Source: a virus
Taxonomy: Duplodnaviria > Caudoviricetes
Strand: one strand, 5' to 3'
IMG/VR virus record: IMGVR_UViG_3300013121_000013
Coordinates: 32,001 to 96,000 of that record
DNA: 64,000 nucleotides
Numbering within the stretch: position 1 is the first letter of the stretch; each line of letters begins with the position of its first letter. The notes beneath the pieces were generated by a model. That model worked only from the letters and a program-made list of their open reading frames with translations. It ran no database searches and had not been told where the DNA came from. Below, one piece after another: positions 48,020 through 56,524 of the stretch. Both the position numbers and the translations under genes were made by a program.

Positions 48020-48050
48020 AAGCACCTTGTGTGTTAAACTCAAGGTGCTT
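48020..48050. terminator. Hairpin closing the cytochrome cassette
   Basis: AAGCACCTTG...CAAGGTGCTT 10-bp stem followed by AT-rich sequence. Confidence 0.65.
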
Positions 48051-48082
48051 ATTCATTTAACGCTATAGAGGATTATAGAATA

Positions 48083-49570
48083 ATGTCAGCTATTTTTCCT
48101 TCAAATGATTTTGAACGAAAAGGCCAGTTAGTAAAGCAATTGGGTTCTTTTTGGAATGGTATCTTTGACGACGCAGAATTTATTTCTGATCGAGAAGTCA
48201 CCCTACTTCAAGAGGCTAGGCAGACATATGATATAGCCAGAGAGAATCTTTTGTCTATAAGTCGATTTACTATTCCTGTATATAATAAAGAAGAATGGCT
48301 GATCTTATCCATAGACGAAGCGGATATGCAAATCGGCAGAATAGTAGAATCTGGGAACGCTTACTCATTTGAAGAAAATACAACAGTTGCTGATCCAGTA
48401 TTTGCGTTCCCACTAAGATCGGACATCAAAGAAGTCGGCTCTATAGTAGATAAAAAAACAAATCCAAATATCCTTCTTATTAATAGCGTTGATTATTTTG
48501 TAGATGCAGAGAATTCTTTAATAGTCTTCAAGTCCAATCCGTTTTTAAACAGTTCTCTAAAAGTTGAGGCTACATATAGCGCTCAAGGTGTAGAAGAGCA
48601 AAGTATAATCAAGCTGTGGATGAATAAGGTATATGTTGATAAGAATAGAATATATAGCCAATTTGGATATGTGATCTCTCTATGGCTTAAATCAAGCGCT
48701 CAATATAGAGATATATTAAACTATATATTTGATAATTTAATGTTTGGTAATTCTCATAAAGCGTTTATAGGCAGTCTAGCCTTGATGGCTGATTGTCCAA
48801 TTTCGTTAGTGAATAACGAGGTTGTAGAAGATATAGTATATAGAAGCTCAGAGACTTTAATAATCACTGATAGAAACGTTTATAAGGCGCACAAGGATGC
48901 AAGTGTAGTTGTTGATATTGGAGAAGTGTTACTAGAAGGTCAATTCCTAACCGATACTTTAAAGGTTATAAGTCTAAACTCAGCTATTCTGCCGTCGTCT
49001 GTTACCTCTCTATCTATTGGAAAAGGCCTACTTATTGGAAGAGGATATACTGACGAACTTGTGTTTGAAAACAAAGTCGTGGATACAGAGATAAGTTCTG
49101 ACTCAAATGGTAAAACTAAAATTGAATGGGAAATTGTAGGCAACGATGCGGATAAGAGGTTATTCTGGGATACTGTCCATCAAAATGGTGTAGATAACGA
49201 TCAGACTTTAGCCAATTTCTTAGACCGTAGAACTAATAAAGTCGGTGAACCAAGTGCGTCTAACCTACCTAGGACCGTTAATCCTCTTAAATTTCTTGTA
49301 GATAATTTTTTAAGAAATGTAATAATAGTCGAAGCTAACTTTAATACATTTGGAAGGAACTCCCTAGGGTTTAATAATACAAACATTGTTAGAAGATTGA
49401 TTCCGCCTCAGTATTTATTAATCTTTATTGTAACTATCAGCATTTCTGAGGTTTCCAACAGATTTCCGCTACAGTCTGAAAGCACTACAACTTTCTTTAC
49501 TGGAGCTCCGAATGTAATTCAGTCAGTATCATCAACACTTATAGGAAACAGCAGCTTTACATTTAGTTAA
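48083..49570 (+). CDS. Baseplate wedge (gpI/gp7-like) protein
   Basis: Resumes the baseplate order after J; FG......S..YR..L..I and RRLIPP motifs. Confidence 0.55.
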   Translation: MSAIFPSNDFERKGQLVKQLGSFWNGIFDDAEFISDREVTLLQEARQTYDIARENLLSISRFTIPVYNKEEWLILSIDEADMQIGRIVESGNAYSFEENTTVADPVFAFPLRSDIKEVGSIVDKKTNPNILLINSVDYFVDAENSLIVFKSNPFLNSSLKVEATYSAQGVEEQSIIKLWMNKVYVDKNRIYSQFGYVISLWLKSSAQYRDILNYIFDNLMFGNSHKAFIGSLALMADCPISLVNNEVVEDIVYRSSETLIITDRNVYKAHKDASVVVDIGEVLLEGQFLTDTLKVISLNSAILPSSVTSLSIGKGLLIGRGYTDELVFENKVVDTEISSDSNGKTKIEWEIVGNDADKRLFWDTVHQNGVDNDQTLANFLDRRTNKVGEPSASNLPRTVNPLKFLVDNFLRNVIIVEANFNTFGRNSLGFNNTNIVRRLIPPQYLLIFIVTISISEVSNRFPLQSESTTTFFTGAPNVIQSVSSTLIGNSSFTFS

Positions 49571-49586
49571 AGGATAATAAATTCAG

Positions 49587-50177
49587 ATGTCAAATCCTAA
49601 AAGCTTTACTACGATTTGGACCATTAATGAGTCTGGGCTCTGGACGCCAGTAGCAACGGCTCCAAATGATTTAACATATAAATGGGCTTATCTTGTAATC
49701 AAAACTCTGGCTCATGGCGATATGGACTACAAGATATCGTCCATGTATATGGAATTTGAAAATGTTGCTTCCCCTTCAACTTTGGCTACTGTCCCAACTA
49801 TAGATAGAGAAGATCAACTGGGTTACTATAATAGCCTTAGTGCAAATAAGGACTTTTTAAGGGTTAATTTAGTGTCTAACCCAGCTATTTCCATATCGTC
49901 AGGATTTGAAAGTTATTTCAACGAAGGAGAAGGAAACACGGTTACGTTCTTTGCTCAATCTGCTGGGGTTACCGGAATTCTTGGTAGAGATTTTTCAAAT
50001 TCTTCTAATAGTAAAATTTATGGTTCAGCTCTTGTGGCCACTCCAGTAAGCTCTGATAGATATCAAGATATAATTTTTGCTAGATCATATTACGACGGTG
50101 TTATCGTACCTCAACAGCTAAAATCGGCAAATACCCAGATAGGTATAAGCTGGACTGTTCCTTTTGAAGAAAATTGA
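49587..50177 (+). CDS. Baseplate/tail-fibre attachment protein
   Basis: IFARSY..K.....I.W.V.F C-terminus typical of fibre-proximal baseplate proteins. Confidence 0.55.
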   Translation: MSNPKSFTTIWTINESGLWTPVATAPNDLTYKWAYLVIKTLAHGDMDYKISSMYMEFENVASPSTLATVPTIDREDQLGYYNSLSANKDFLRVNLVSNPAISISSGFESYFNEGEGNTVTFFAQSAGVTGILGRDFSNSSNSKIYGSALVATPVSSDRYQDIIFARSYYDGVIVPQQLKSANTQIGISWTVPFEEN

Positions 50178-50191
50178 TAGATATCTATCAA
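50174..50191. promoter_or_regulatory. 18-bp palindrome, copy 5 (TTGATAGATATCTATCAA, perfect)
   Basis: Contains the TGA stop; upstream of the tail fibre gene. Confidence 0.8.
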
Positions 50192-50213
50192 AATCTTAAA
50201 CGGGGTGTTAAGT

Positions 50214-52634
50214 ATGCCTTTGCCATATTCTCCGTACTTACCAAGACCATATTCTGCCGACGAGGAAATATTAATTCCTGGATTCGGAGGATTAAGCTCT
50301 ATTTTATGCCCTTGCCCTCCTTATCCTTATTTTCTTCCTATTTATTATCCTAACATTTATTGCCCATACCCAGATCTTGTACCTGGCGCCGGAGGAACAG
50401 GTCCTCAGGGCCCTCAAGGGTACCAGGGGCCACAGGGCTCTCAAGGACCTCAAGGGGACCAAGGTCCACAGGGCTCTCAAGGACCTCAAGGAAATCAAGG
50501 TGAACAAGGACCCCAAGGACCTCAAGGATACCAAGGTGACCAAGGACCTCAAGGATACCAAGGTGACCAAGGACCTCAAGGATACCAAGGCGATCAGGGC
50601 TATCAGGGGCTACAAGGAGAACAAGGTCCGCAAGGTGCCCAAGGACCGCAAGGAAATCAAGGACCACAAGGTTATCAGGGATATCAAGGCCCCATAGGTA
50701 ACTACGCACTTACTGTATATGGTGTATACGCCGGCTTATGCTTAGTCAGTGCTTTTAGCTCTATAAGTTTAAGAAATCAGACAGTTCCCGTACCACCGAC
50801 CCCGGCCTTAGAAGTTTATCTTTTAGACGATGTTCTTTTAAACTCTAACCCTCTTGTCTTCACGGCTACAGATGCAACTACTCTAACAATAGAGGAAGAT
50901 GGCTATTACTCTATCGAATATCAGATAGCTTTAAAATGGGTAACAACTCCAGCAGATGAAGCTGCAGTTGAATGTAAATTATTGCTTAACGGAGCACCTT
51001 TAGTTGGAGGTGCTTCGGTTATATATATGACCGAAACAGCAGGAGGCAGTAATGATTTGCATTCTACATCCAAGCAAAAATTATCATATCTTGAGGCTGG
51101 AGACGAGCTAGCTGTAACTGTTGAGCAAATAAGCGGGGCGAGCGTCGTTGCTGTAGAGACAAGCGCTTATCATTGCACTTTAGACGTGCATAGAATTTCT
51201 TGCGATACAGGTCCACAAGGATACCAAGGCGACCAAGGACCTCAAGGCGATCAAGGTCCTCAAGGCGATCAAGGATACCAAGGAGATCAAGGTCCTCAAG
51301 GCTATCAAGGACCACAAGGAGATCAGGGTTATCAAGGTGATCAAGGATACCAAGGAGATCAAGGCTATCAAGGTCCTCAAGGAGATCAAGGTCCTCAAGG
51401 AGATCAAGGCTATCAAGGTCCTCAAGGAGATCAAGGCTATCAAGGTCCTCAAGGAGATCAAGGTGTGCCAGGACCTTCTCATGATCCTGTAACCTTCTCT
51501 TTGTTATCTCTTGATTATCTTACCATTTTAGGGCAAAAGATAACACAGAACCCTATAGACTTATCTTCAGACGTTACAGGAATTCTTGGTCTAGCATATG
51601 GAGGTACAGGCGCAGACTTATCAACAGTAGCTGGTCAAGATAGAATTCTATATTGGAATGATGCAGGTTTAACCACGGCTTGGTTAAATATAGATACAAC
51701 ATTGCAGATCTCTGCCGGTGCCTTAGGTGTAACATATCCAGTTGAGCTGTCAGAAGGCGGTACAGGCGCAGACTTATCAACAGTAGCTGGTCAAGATAGA
51801 ATTCTATATTGGAATGATGCAGGTTCAACCACGGCTTGGTTAAATATAGGCGCTGGTTTATATATTTCTGCCGGAGCCTTGGTTGCTGCTACTACGTTTG
51901 ACGCCAGCGCTATAACTACTGGAACAGTAGACACAGCCAGGCTAGGAACAGGTACGGCCAATAACACTGTAGTTCTAAGAGGAGATCAGACTTGGGCACA
52001 GGTCAATACTTCTCAGATGGCTAACGACGCTGTTACAGACGCTATTCTGAGAAATAGTACAGCATGCTCTATTATAGGTCGAAGCGCTAATTCAACAGGT
52101 GATCCGGCTGATATCTCAGCTGGTTCTGATGGGCTATATTTAGGACGACGTTCGAGTGCTCTTGGCTTCTATGCGCCTAACGGCAACGAACTAGCGATCG
52201 TTGGCGCCGTCTACCGTAGTACGGCTAACCAATCTATTAGCCAGAATACTCCAACAATACTCCTGACGGGCTCTACCACCCTAGACCTTAACACGAACAG
52301 TTTTACCAGCGGAGCAACCAGCGGTTTCCTCAAGATTCCGACTGGCTATGGTGGTTGGTACGAGGTTGGATATTCGGTGGCTTGGGATACGATCAGCACC
52401 GCTGGTCACGTCTCCGCGCAGCTGGTAGACAGTGACAGCAACGTCTACGCCCTGAGCCGGCACAACACCACCTCAACCTCGGCGGCCCACGGTCATGCAG
52501 CTTCGGCGCTCATCTACCTGGCTGATGGCAAGGAGATCGCTGTGCGCGTCAACCAAAGTCCGGTGGCCAGCGTAAACATTTTGGCATCATCTAGACAGTC
52601 TGCTATCTTATGGCTATTTAAAGTGGGGAATTAA
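50214..52634 (+). CDS. Collagen-like tail fibre/spike with C1q/BclA-like domains
   Basis: Two G-X-Q collagen tracts; beta-sandwich domains ([18 protein letters not shown]); GGTGA fibre repeats; RLGTGTA....LRGD.TW motif. Confidence 0.8.
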   Translation: MPLPYSPYLPRPYSADEEILIPGFGGLSSILCPCPPYPYFLPIYYPNIYCPYPDLVPGAGGTGPQGPQGYQGPQGSQGPQGDQGPQGSQGPQGNQGEQGPQGPQGYQGDQGPQGYQGDQGPQGYQGDQGYQGLQGEQGPQGAQGPQGNQGPQGYQGYQGPIGNYALTVYGVYAGLCLVSAFSSISLRNQTVPVPPTPALEVYLLDDVLLNSNPLVFTATDATTLTIEEDGYYSIEYQIALKWVTTPADEAAVECKLLLNGAPLVGGASVIYMTETAGGSNDLHSTSKQKLSYLEAGDELAVTVEQISGASVVAVETSAYHCTLDVHRISCDTGPQGYQGDQGPQGDQGPQGDQGYQGDQGPQGYQGPQGDQGYQGDQGYQGDQGYQGPQGDQGPQGDQGYQGPQGDQGYQGPQGDQGVPGPSHDPVTFSLLSLDYLTILGQKITQNPIDLSSDVTGILGLAYGGTGADLSTVAGQDRILYWNDAGLTTAWLNIDTTLQISAGALGVTYPVELSEGGTGADLSTVAGQDRILYWNDAGSTTAWLNIGAGLYISAGALVAATTFDASAITTGTVDTARLGTGTANNTVVLRGDQTWAQVNTSQMANDAVTDAILRNSTACSIIGRSANSTGDPADISAGSDGLYLGRRSSALGFYAPNGNELAIVGAVYRSTANQSISQNTPTILLTGSTTLDLNTNSFTSGATSGFLKIPTGYGGWYEVGYSVAWDTISTAGHVSAQLVDSDSNVYALSRHNTTSTSAAHGHAASALIYLADGKEIAVRVNQSPVASVNILASSRQSAILWLFKVGN
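50401..50692 (+). repeat. Collagen G-(P/Y/D/S/E)-Q tract 1
   Basis: 9-bp periodic CAAGGA/CAAGGT repeats. Confidence 0.9.
51211..51470 (+). repeat. Collagen G-(P/Y/D)-Q tract 2
   Basis: 9-bp periodic repeats. Confidence 0.9.
51603..51849 (+). repeat. 91-bp direct repeat (51603-51693 and 51759-51849)
   Basis: One mismatch; encodes [22 protein letters not shown](L/S)TTAWLNI twice. Confidence 0.9.
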
Positions 52635-52636
52635 CT

Positions 52637-53107
52637 ATGACGCGGCTGGAATATACTGCTCCAGTAAACCTAAATGGTGCCCAGCTGATAAAAGAGTTAA
52701 TTATCGCTGGCCTACCAGAGCCTGACGATTTGTATTTACAGGGGCAAACTTTAATATTACTCTGGTCTACTACTCTCGTAGAAGCACAGATCACCATAGC
52801 AGACAGTACAGTGGCCTCCCATGATTGGACCGAGGCAAAAGAAACTCAGGCCAGGCGGGCAAAGGTCAAGGAGATGGCTGCGGCCCTGGCAGGCTCCCTG
52901 GATGACCCCATGGCGGTGATCGCCCGCAACGGGAATCGCGTGACCTACCAGGCCGTGACCGCACTGTGGGTCAAGTTCAACCAGCTGATCGACCACCTCA
53001 ACGGCAAGGGGCCGCTTCCAACCAAACTGCCTGCTCCCCGCACCTGGAAGCAAGTGCTGGACGCCGGTAGGGGCCTGGCTCAATCCGAGACCGATCCTGA
53101 GGCTTAA
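52637..53107 (+). CDS. Putative tail fibre assembly/accessory protein with a GC-rich 3' half
   Basis: Directly follows the fibre gene; abrupt composition shift near 52810. Confidence 0.55.
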   Translation: MTRLEYTAPVNLNGAQLIKELIIAGLPEPDDLYLQGQTLILLWSTTLVEAQITIADSTVASHDWTEAKETQARRAKVKEMAAALAGSLDDPMAVIARNGNRVTYQAVTALWVKFNQLIDHLNGKGPLPTKLPAPRTWKQVLDAGRGLAQSETDPEA

Positions 53108-53110
53108 AAT

Positions 53111-54085
53111 ATGAATAGACAAATTCTTTTTGAAAATAGAAGAGCCATTGGGGACGCTATAGTTCTAAGCGCAGCTATTAGAGATTTTAAATTTTCGTAT
53201 CCAGATATAGATATTTGCGTAAGTACAGAATATCCTGAATTGTGGATCAATAATCCGCATATAAAAAATCTTACAGCACCAGTTGAAAGGGTTGGACTTT
53301 TTGTAAACTCGTATGTAAGAGCTTCGCAGAATAGATCAATCAAAATTCACTATATTCAAGTCTTCCATAAAGTTATAAAAGATCTTATAGGTTTAAAGGT
53401 CGATTGTTTAATTCCAAAACCAGATTTGCATCTTAGTAATGACGAGATAGAAAATAGAATTCTAAATTACCCGTACTGGGTTATAGTTGCTGGCACTAAG
53501 AGGCACGCAACAACTAAACAATGGCATTTCAATAGATATCAGCAAGTTGTAAATATACTATCAAAAGAAGACAATTTGAAGTTTGTACAAGTAGGAACCA
53601 CCAAGGATAACGTATCATCAGTCAAGCACATACATCCAAAATTATCTGGCGTGGTAGATTTAGTAGATAAAACTAATCTTAGGCAGTTAATGAGTTTAAT
53701 ATATAATTCTAGTGGCGTAATTTGCCCAATCACTTCGTCCATGCACATTGCTGCAGCTTTTGATAAACCGTGCGTAGTGCTAGCAGGCGGTAGAGAAGAA
53801 TATACTTGGAGCGCGTACTCTAAAGATAACGATGCTTTTAATATTAGCCAAAAGAATAATATTATAGTTTCACACAGGTATCTAAACACTATAGGAAAGC
53901 TCCAGTGCTGTCGTAATAGTGGTTGCTGGAAAAGTCATGTTGAGGCTGAAGGTACGTATCCGTTTACACCATCATTGAAGACTTTATGCCCTTTACCTAT
54001 AAAGTCTGAGCCGATGACTGTACCTAAGTGCTTGGATCTAATATCCGTGACAGACGTGGTAGAGGCTGTTAGAAGTTATTACTAG
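53111..54085 (+). CDS. GT9 (heptosyltransferase-like) glycosyltransferase
   Basis: AIGDAI..NNPHI..KQW..VQVG..LVDKTNLRQL..MHIAAAFDKPCVVL. Confidence 0.85.
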   Translation: MNRQILFENRRAIGDAIVLSAAIRDFKFSYPDIDICVSTEYPELWINNPHIKNLTAPVERVGLFVNSYVRASQNRSIKIHYIQVFHKVIKDLIGLKVDCLIPKPDLHLSNDEIENRILNYPYWVIVAGTKRHATTKQWHFNRYQQVVNILSKEDNLKFVQVGTTKDNVSSVKHIHPKLSGVVDLVDKTNLRQLMSLIYNSSGVICPITSSMHIAAAFDKPCVVLAGGREEYTWSAYSKDNDAFNISQKNNIIVSHRYLNTIGKLQCCRNSGCWKSHVEAEGTYPFTPSLKTLCPLPIKSEPMTVPKCLDLISVTDVVEAVRSYY

Positions 54086-54104
54086 TTGTGTCTGGAGTTC
54101 ATAT

Positions 54105-54509
54105 ATGGCAAATCCAAATAGAAGAATAAAACTAACAAGGACAGCTCAAGTTGCGAACTTAAGCATGCCTTCGTTTACATATACTGTCACTTCAAGTGAC
54201 GGCAATCTAATGGAGAATGATATATTTGTTTTTAGAAAGATCGTTACTAATAATTTGACAAACGAAACTCAAGATTTTTTTGATAGAGTAGCGTCTATAG
54301 TAGATTTAAGCAATGTCCCTATTGGCGCTCCTAACGAAGGAGAAGAAGAATTTAGAGGCTCTTCATTTACTATTTCATTTGATAATCAATCTCTTGGAGA
54401 TGAAGTTTGGAGTGCAATACAATCTGGAGCTAGAGATTTAAAAAGAGCCCTTGATGCAAGTGAGAATCTTGGAGCCGCAGAGGAAGTTTGGGTCGGTATC
54501 GAGCCTTAA
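54105..54509 (+). CDS. Hypothetical protein
   Basis: GGAG RBS; 134 aa. Confidence 0.55.
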   Translation: MANPNRRIKLTRTAQVANLSMPSFTYTVTSSDGNLMENDIFVFRKIVTNNLTNETQDFFDRVASIVDLSNVPIGAPNEGEEEFRGSSFTISFDNQSLGDEVWSAIQSGARDLKRALDASENLGAAEEVWVGIEP

Positions 54510-54530
54510 TATATAAAGGAGTTCTCTACA

Positions 54531-54797
54531 TTGACTACTATTACAAATACTATTTTATTGCAACTTTCGTCTAACTTAGCCTATGTTAGGGAGTTTCCTT
54601 TTTTGAAGATTAGACAAAGCCCAGTGGCCAGCTGCTGTAGTCAGCAAGCTTCTAGGAATATAGATTTTAATAATGCAAAGGTTAAAATTGCTAGCCTATC
54701 AGGCGATAGGCTTAAAAGATTTAAAGAGATAGTAGGAGCTGATGAAATCAAAGTATTGTATAAAAATGGTAATAAAGTTCTAACTAAACTGCTCTAA
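54531..54797 (+). CDS. Hypothetical protein
   Basis: AAGGAG RBS with a TTG start. Confidence 0.5.
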   Translation: MTTITNTILLQLSSNLAYVREFPFLKIRQSPVASCCSQQASRNIDFNNAKVKIASLSGDRLKRFKEIVGADEIKVLYKNGNKVLTKLL

Positions 54798-55004
54798 ATC
54801 AGAGCACGAAATCTGGCATAATATATGCAAGAGCATAGCTCAGCTAGTGATTTTTTTAGATTTTAATTTATATTTTGAATATTGTATTACATATAATCCT
54901 GTTGACGTTTTGGCAAGATAAGCCAAAATAGTCCGGGGTTATATGTAGTACAAAAGTAACTTTTTAAGTTTAGCTATTGGATATAAAATTTTTAAGGAGT
55001 TTTC
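54798..55004 (+). promoter_or_regulatory. AT-rich intergenic region, likely promoter of the next operon
   Basis: One of the longest gaps in the window; contains TATAAT (54892) and TTGACG (54902), but not at canonical spacing. Confidence 0.35.
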
Positions 55005-55325
55005 ATGAAGGTGTCTAGTTCAGATGTAAAGGCCGTGGCGTTTAGTGATGACGACGGGCAGTTGTGGGTTGAGGTTGAAGGATCAACCGTAGATTCAGTT
55101 AGAAGTACAGAGGCTAAGCTTTGTGCTATTAAAGCTGCCTCTGAACAAGGATATGGTCGATGCGGGTTTAATCAAGATACAGGACCATTTATAGTTGATG
55201 AAAATGGAAAAGAAGTAACTTCCGTCAATGATTCGGAAAAGCTAAAGAAAGAATCCGAACTTCTGACTAGCGGTAAAGCTAGGTATAGAAATAGACTGAG
55301 ATTGATGCAGGGTACAGGTGTGTAA
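55005..55325 (+). CDS. Hypothetical protein
   Basis: AAGGAG RBS. Confidence 0.6.
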   Translation: MKVSSSDVKAVAFSDDDGQLWVEVEGSTVDSVRSTEAKLCAIKAASEQGYGRCGFNQDTGPFIVDENGKEVTSVNDSEKLKKESELLTSGKARYRNRLRLMQGTGV

Positions 55326-55804
55326 TGTCGGTAAAGAGGTTTAAGTCAGAAGATATAAAAAGAAACTGTACTCACATGTCGGCATCATTCAAAAGAGTTC
55401 TATCTGAAATGTGTGCTGACAAAGAAAGTCTTACTCCTGGCGAAGCCCTTGTATTTTGGATGTTCGATCTTTTAGCAGCTACTAATATATTTATTGATAA
55501 GCTCAAATGTGAAGAAGGGATGCTTCTTTTAGCGGATGAACTGTTTAGAGTCATATCGACTTATGGCAATAAATTAGAAGACGCTATTAAAAATAATGAT
55601 GAAGAGCTTCCTATATCTGAACTTATAATTTGTGACAGGCAGAGAGTAGGGTTAATAGGATACAACGGCTTCATTGATGTTATTGAAGCTAAAAAAATTA
55701 GTGATAATAAAATAGGCTCGTTCCTAGAAAGAATTAATTACAGCCTGGCAACTTTATATGTAAGACAGAATATAAAGTTTATTACAGAAAAAGAGGAAAA
55801 GTAA
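55325..55804 (+). CDS. Hypothetical protein
   Basis: TAATG coupling at both ends. Confidence 0.55.
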   Translation: MSVKRFKSEDIKRNCTHMSASFKRVLSEMCADKESLTPGEALVFWMFDLLAATNIFIDKLKCEEGMLLLADELFRVISTYGNKLEDAIKNNDEELPISELIICDRQRVGLIGYNGFIDVIEAKKISDNKIGSFLERINYSLATLYVRQNIKFITEKEEK

Positions 55805-56517
55805 TGACATTACTAGCATCTCAGCGCGATAAACATAGAGAGGTGTGGACTAATCAAAATTCTTTTGCCACTACTCTTCTAATATTAGCATTAGATACTT
55901 ATGAAACTGAGATGCTAGAATGGTCTCCTCTAACAATAAGACAAGAAATACAAGAAGACTTTCATGTTAATATACCGCCTGCCAATTTCGATAGATTAAT
56001 GCAGGGCATAATTCATTTAACCCAGCCTTTAAACTTTTATAAAAGTCTGCCTGACTTTAATGAGACATGTAATGTATTTGGCGGGGATCTGGCCAGCCCA
56101 AAACTTGTAAATCCAGCCGATGTGACAGACATAGCCTGGGGTATAACTGAAGCTTCTTTAATATGGCCAGCGGAAGAGGATGAGCCATTTTCCGAGGAAA
56201 TTATTGGGTTTATAGCTGCAACTTTAGATGAAGAAGGAATTCTTGTTCCGCCAGATATCCTTAAGCTCTCTGGAGTTAATGAAGAACTTATCCAAAGAAT
56301 AAGAATGGATTTTTCAGATGATCCAGAGATGTTTTCTGCCATCTGGGATATGGAGCACCAGAAAACTGAAGAAATAAATTTGATAGTATTCGCTAGAATT
56401 GAAGAGCTTATTAAACAACTTAAATCATTATCACTAAAAGTAGGTGATGCTATTAAGGCAGCCGAAAAACTTGAAAAGGGCCTATTAGAGCATCGAAGGA
56501 AAGCACAGAAGCTTTAG
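55804..56517 (+). CDS. Acidic helical hypothetical protein
   Basis: 237 aa, translationally coupled to the upstream gene. Confidence 0.6.
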   Translation: MTLLASQRDKHREVWTNQNSFATTLLILALDTYETEMLEWSPLTIRQEIQEDFHVNIPPANFDRLMQGIIHLTQPLNFYKSLPDFNETCNVFGGDLASPKLVNPADVTDIAWGITEASLIWPAEEDEPFSEEIIGFIAATLDEEGILVPPDILKLSGVNEELIQRIRMDFSDDPEMFSAIWDMEHQKTEEINLIVFARIEELIKQLKSLSLKVGDAIKAAEKLEKGLLEHRRKAQKL

Positions 56518-56524
56518 GGGTAAA

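Noticed and set aside
50401-51849. CRISPR array or DGR template/variable repeat
   Set aside because: The repeats are in-frame coding units without unique spacers. The 91-bp pair differs by one T/C change rather than adenine-specific changes, and no reverse transcriptase is seen.
25788-52634. Extracellular contractile injection system or tailocin
   Set aside because: Capsid, protease, scaffold, neck and probable terminase genes are present, so this is a complete phage.
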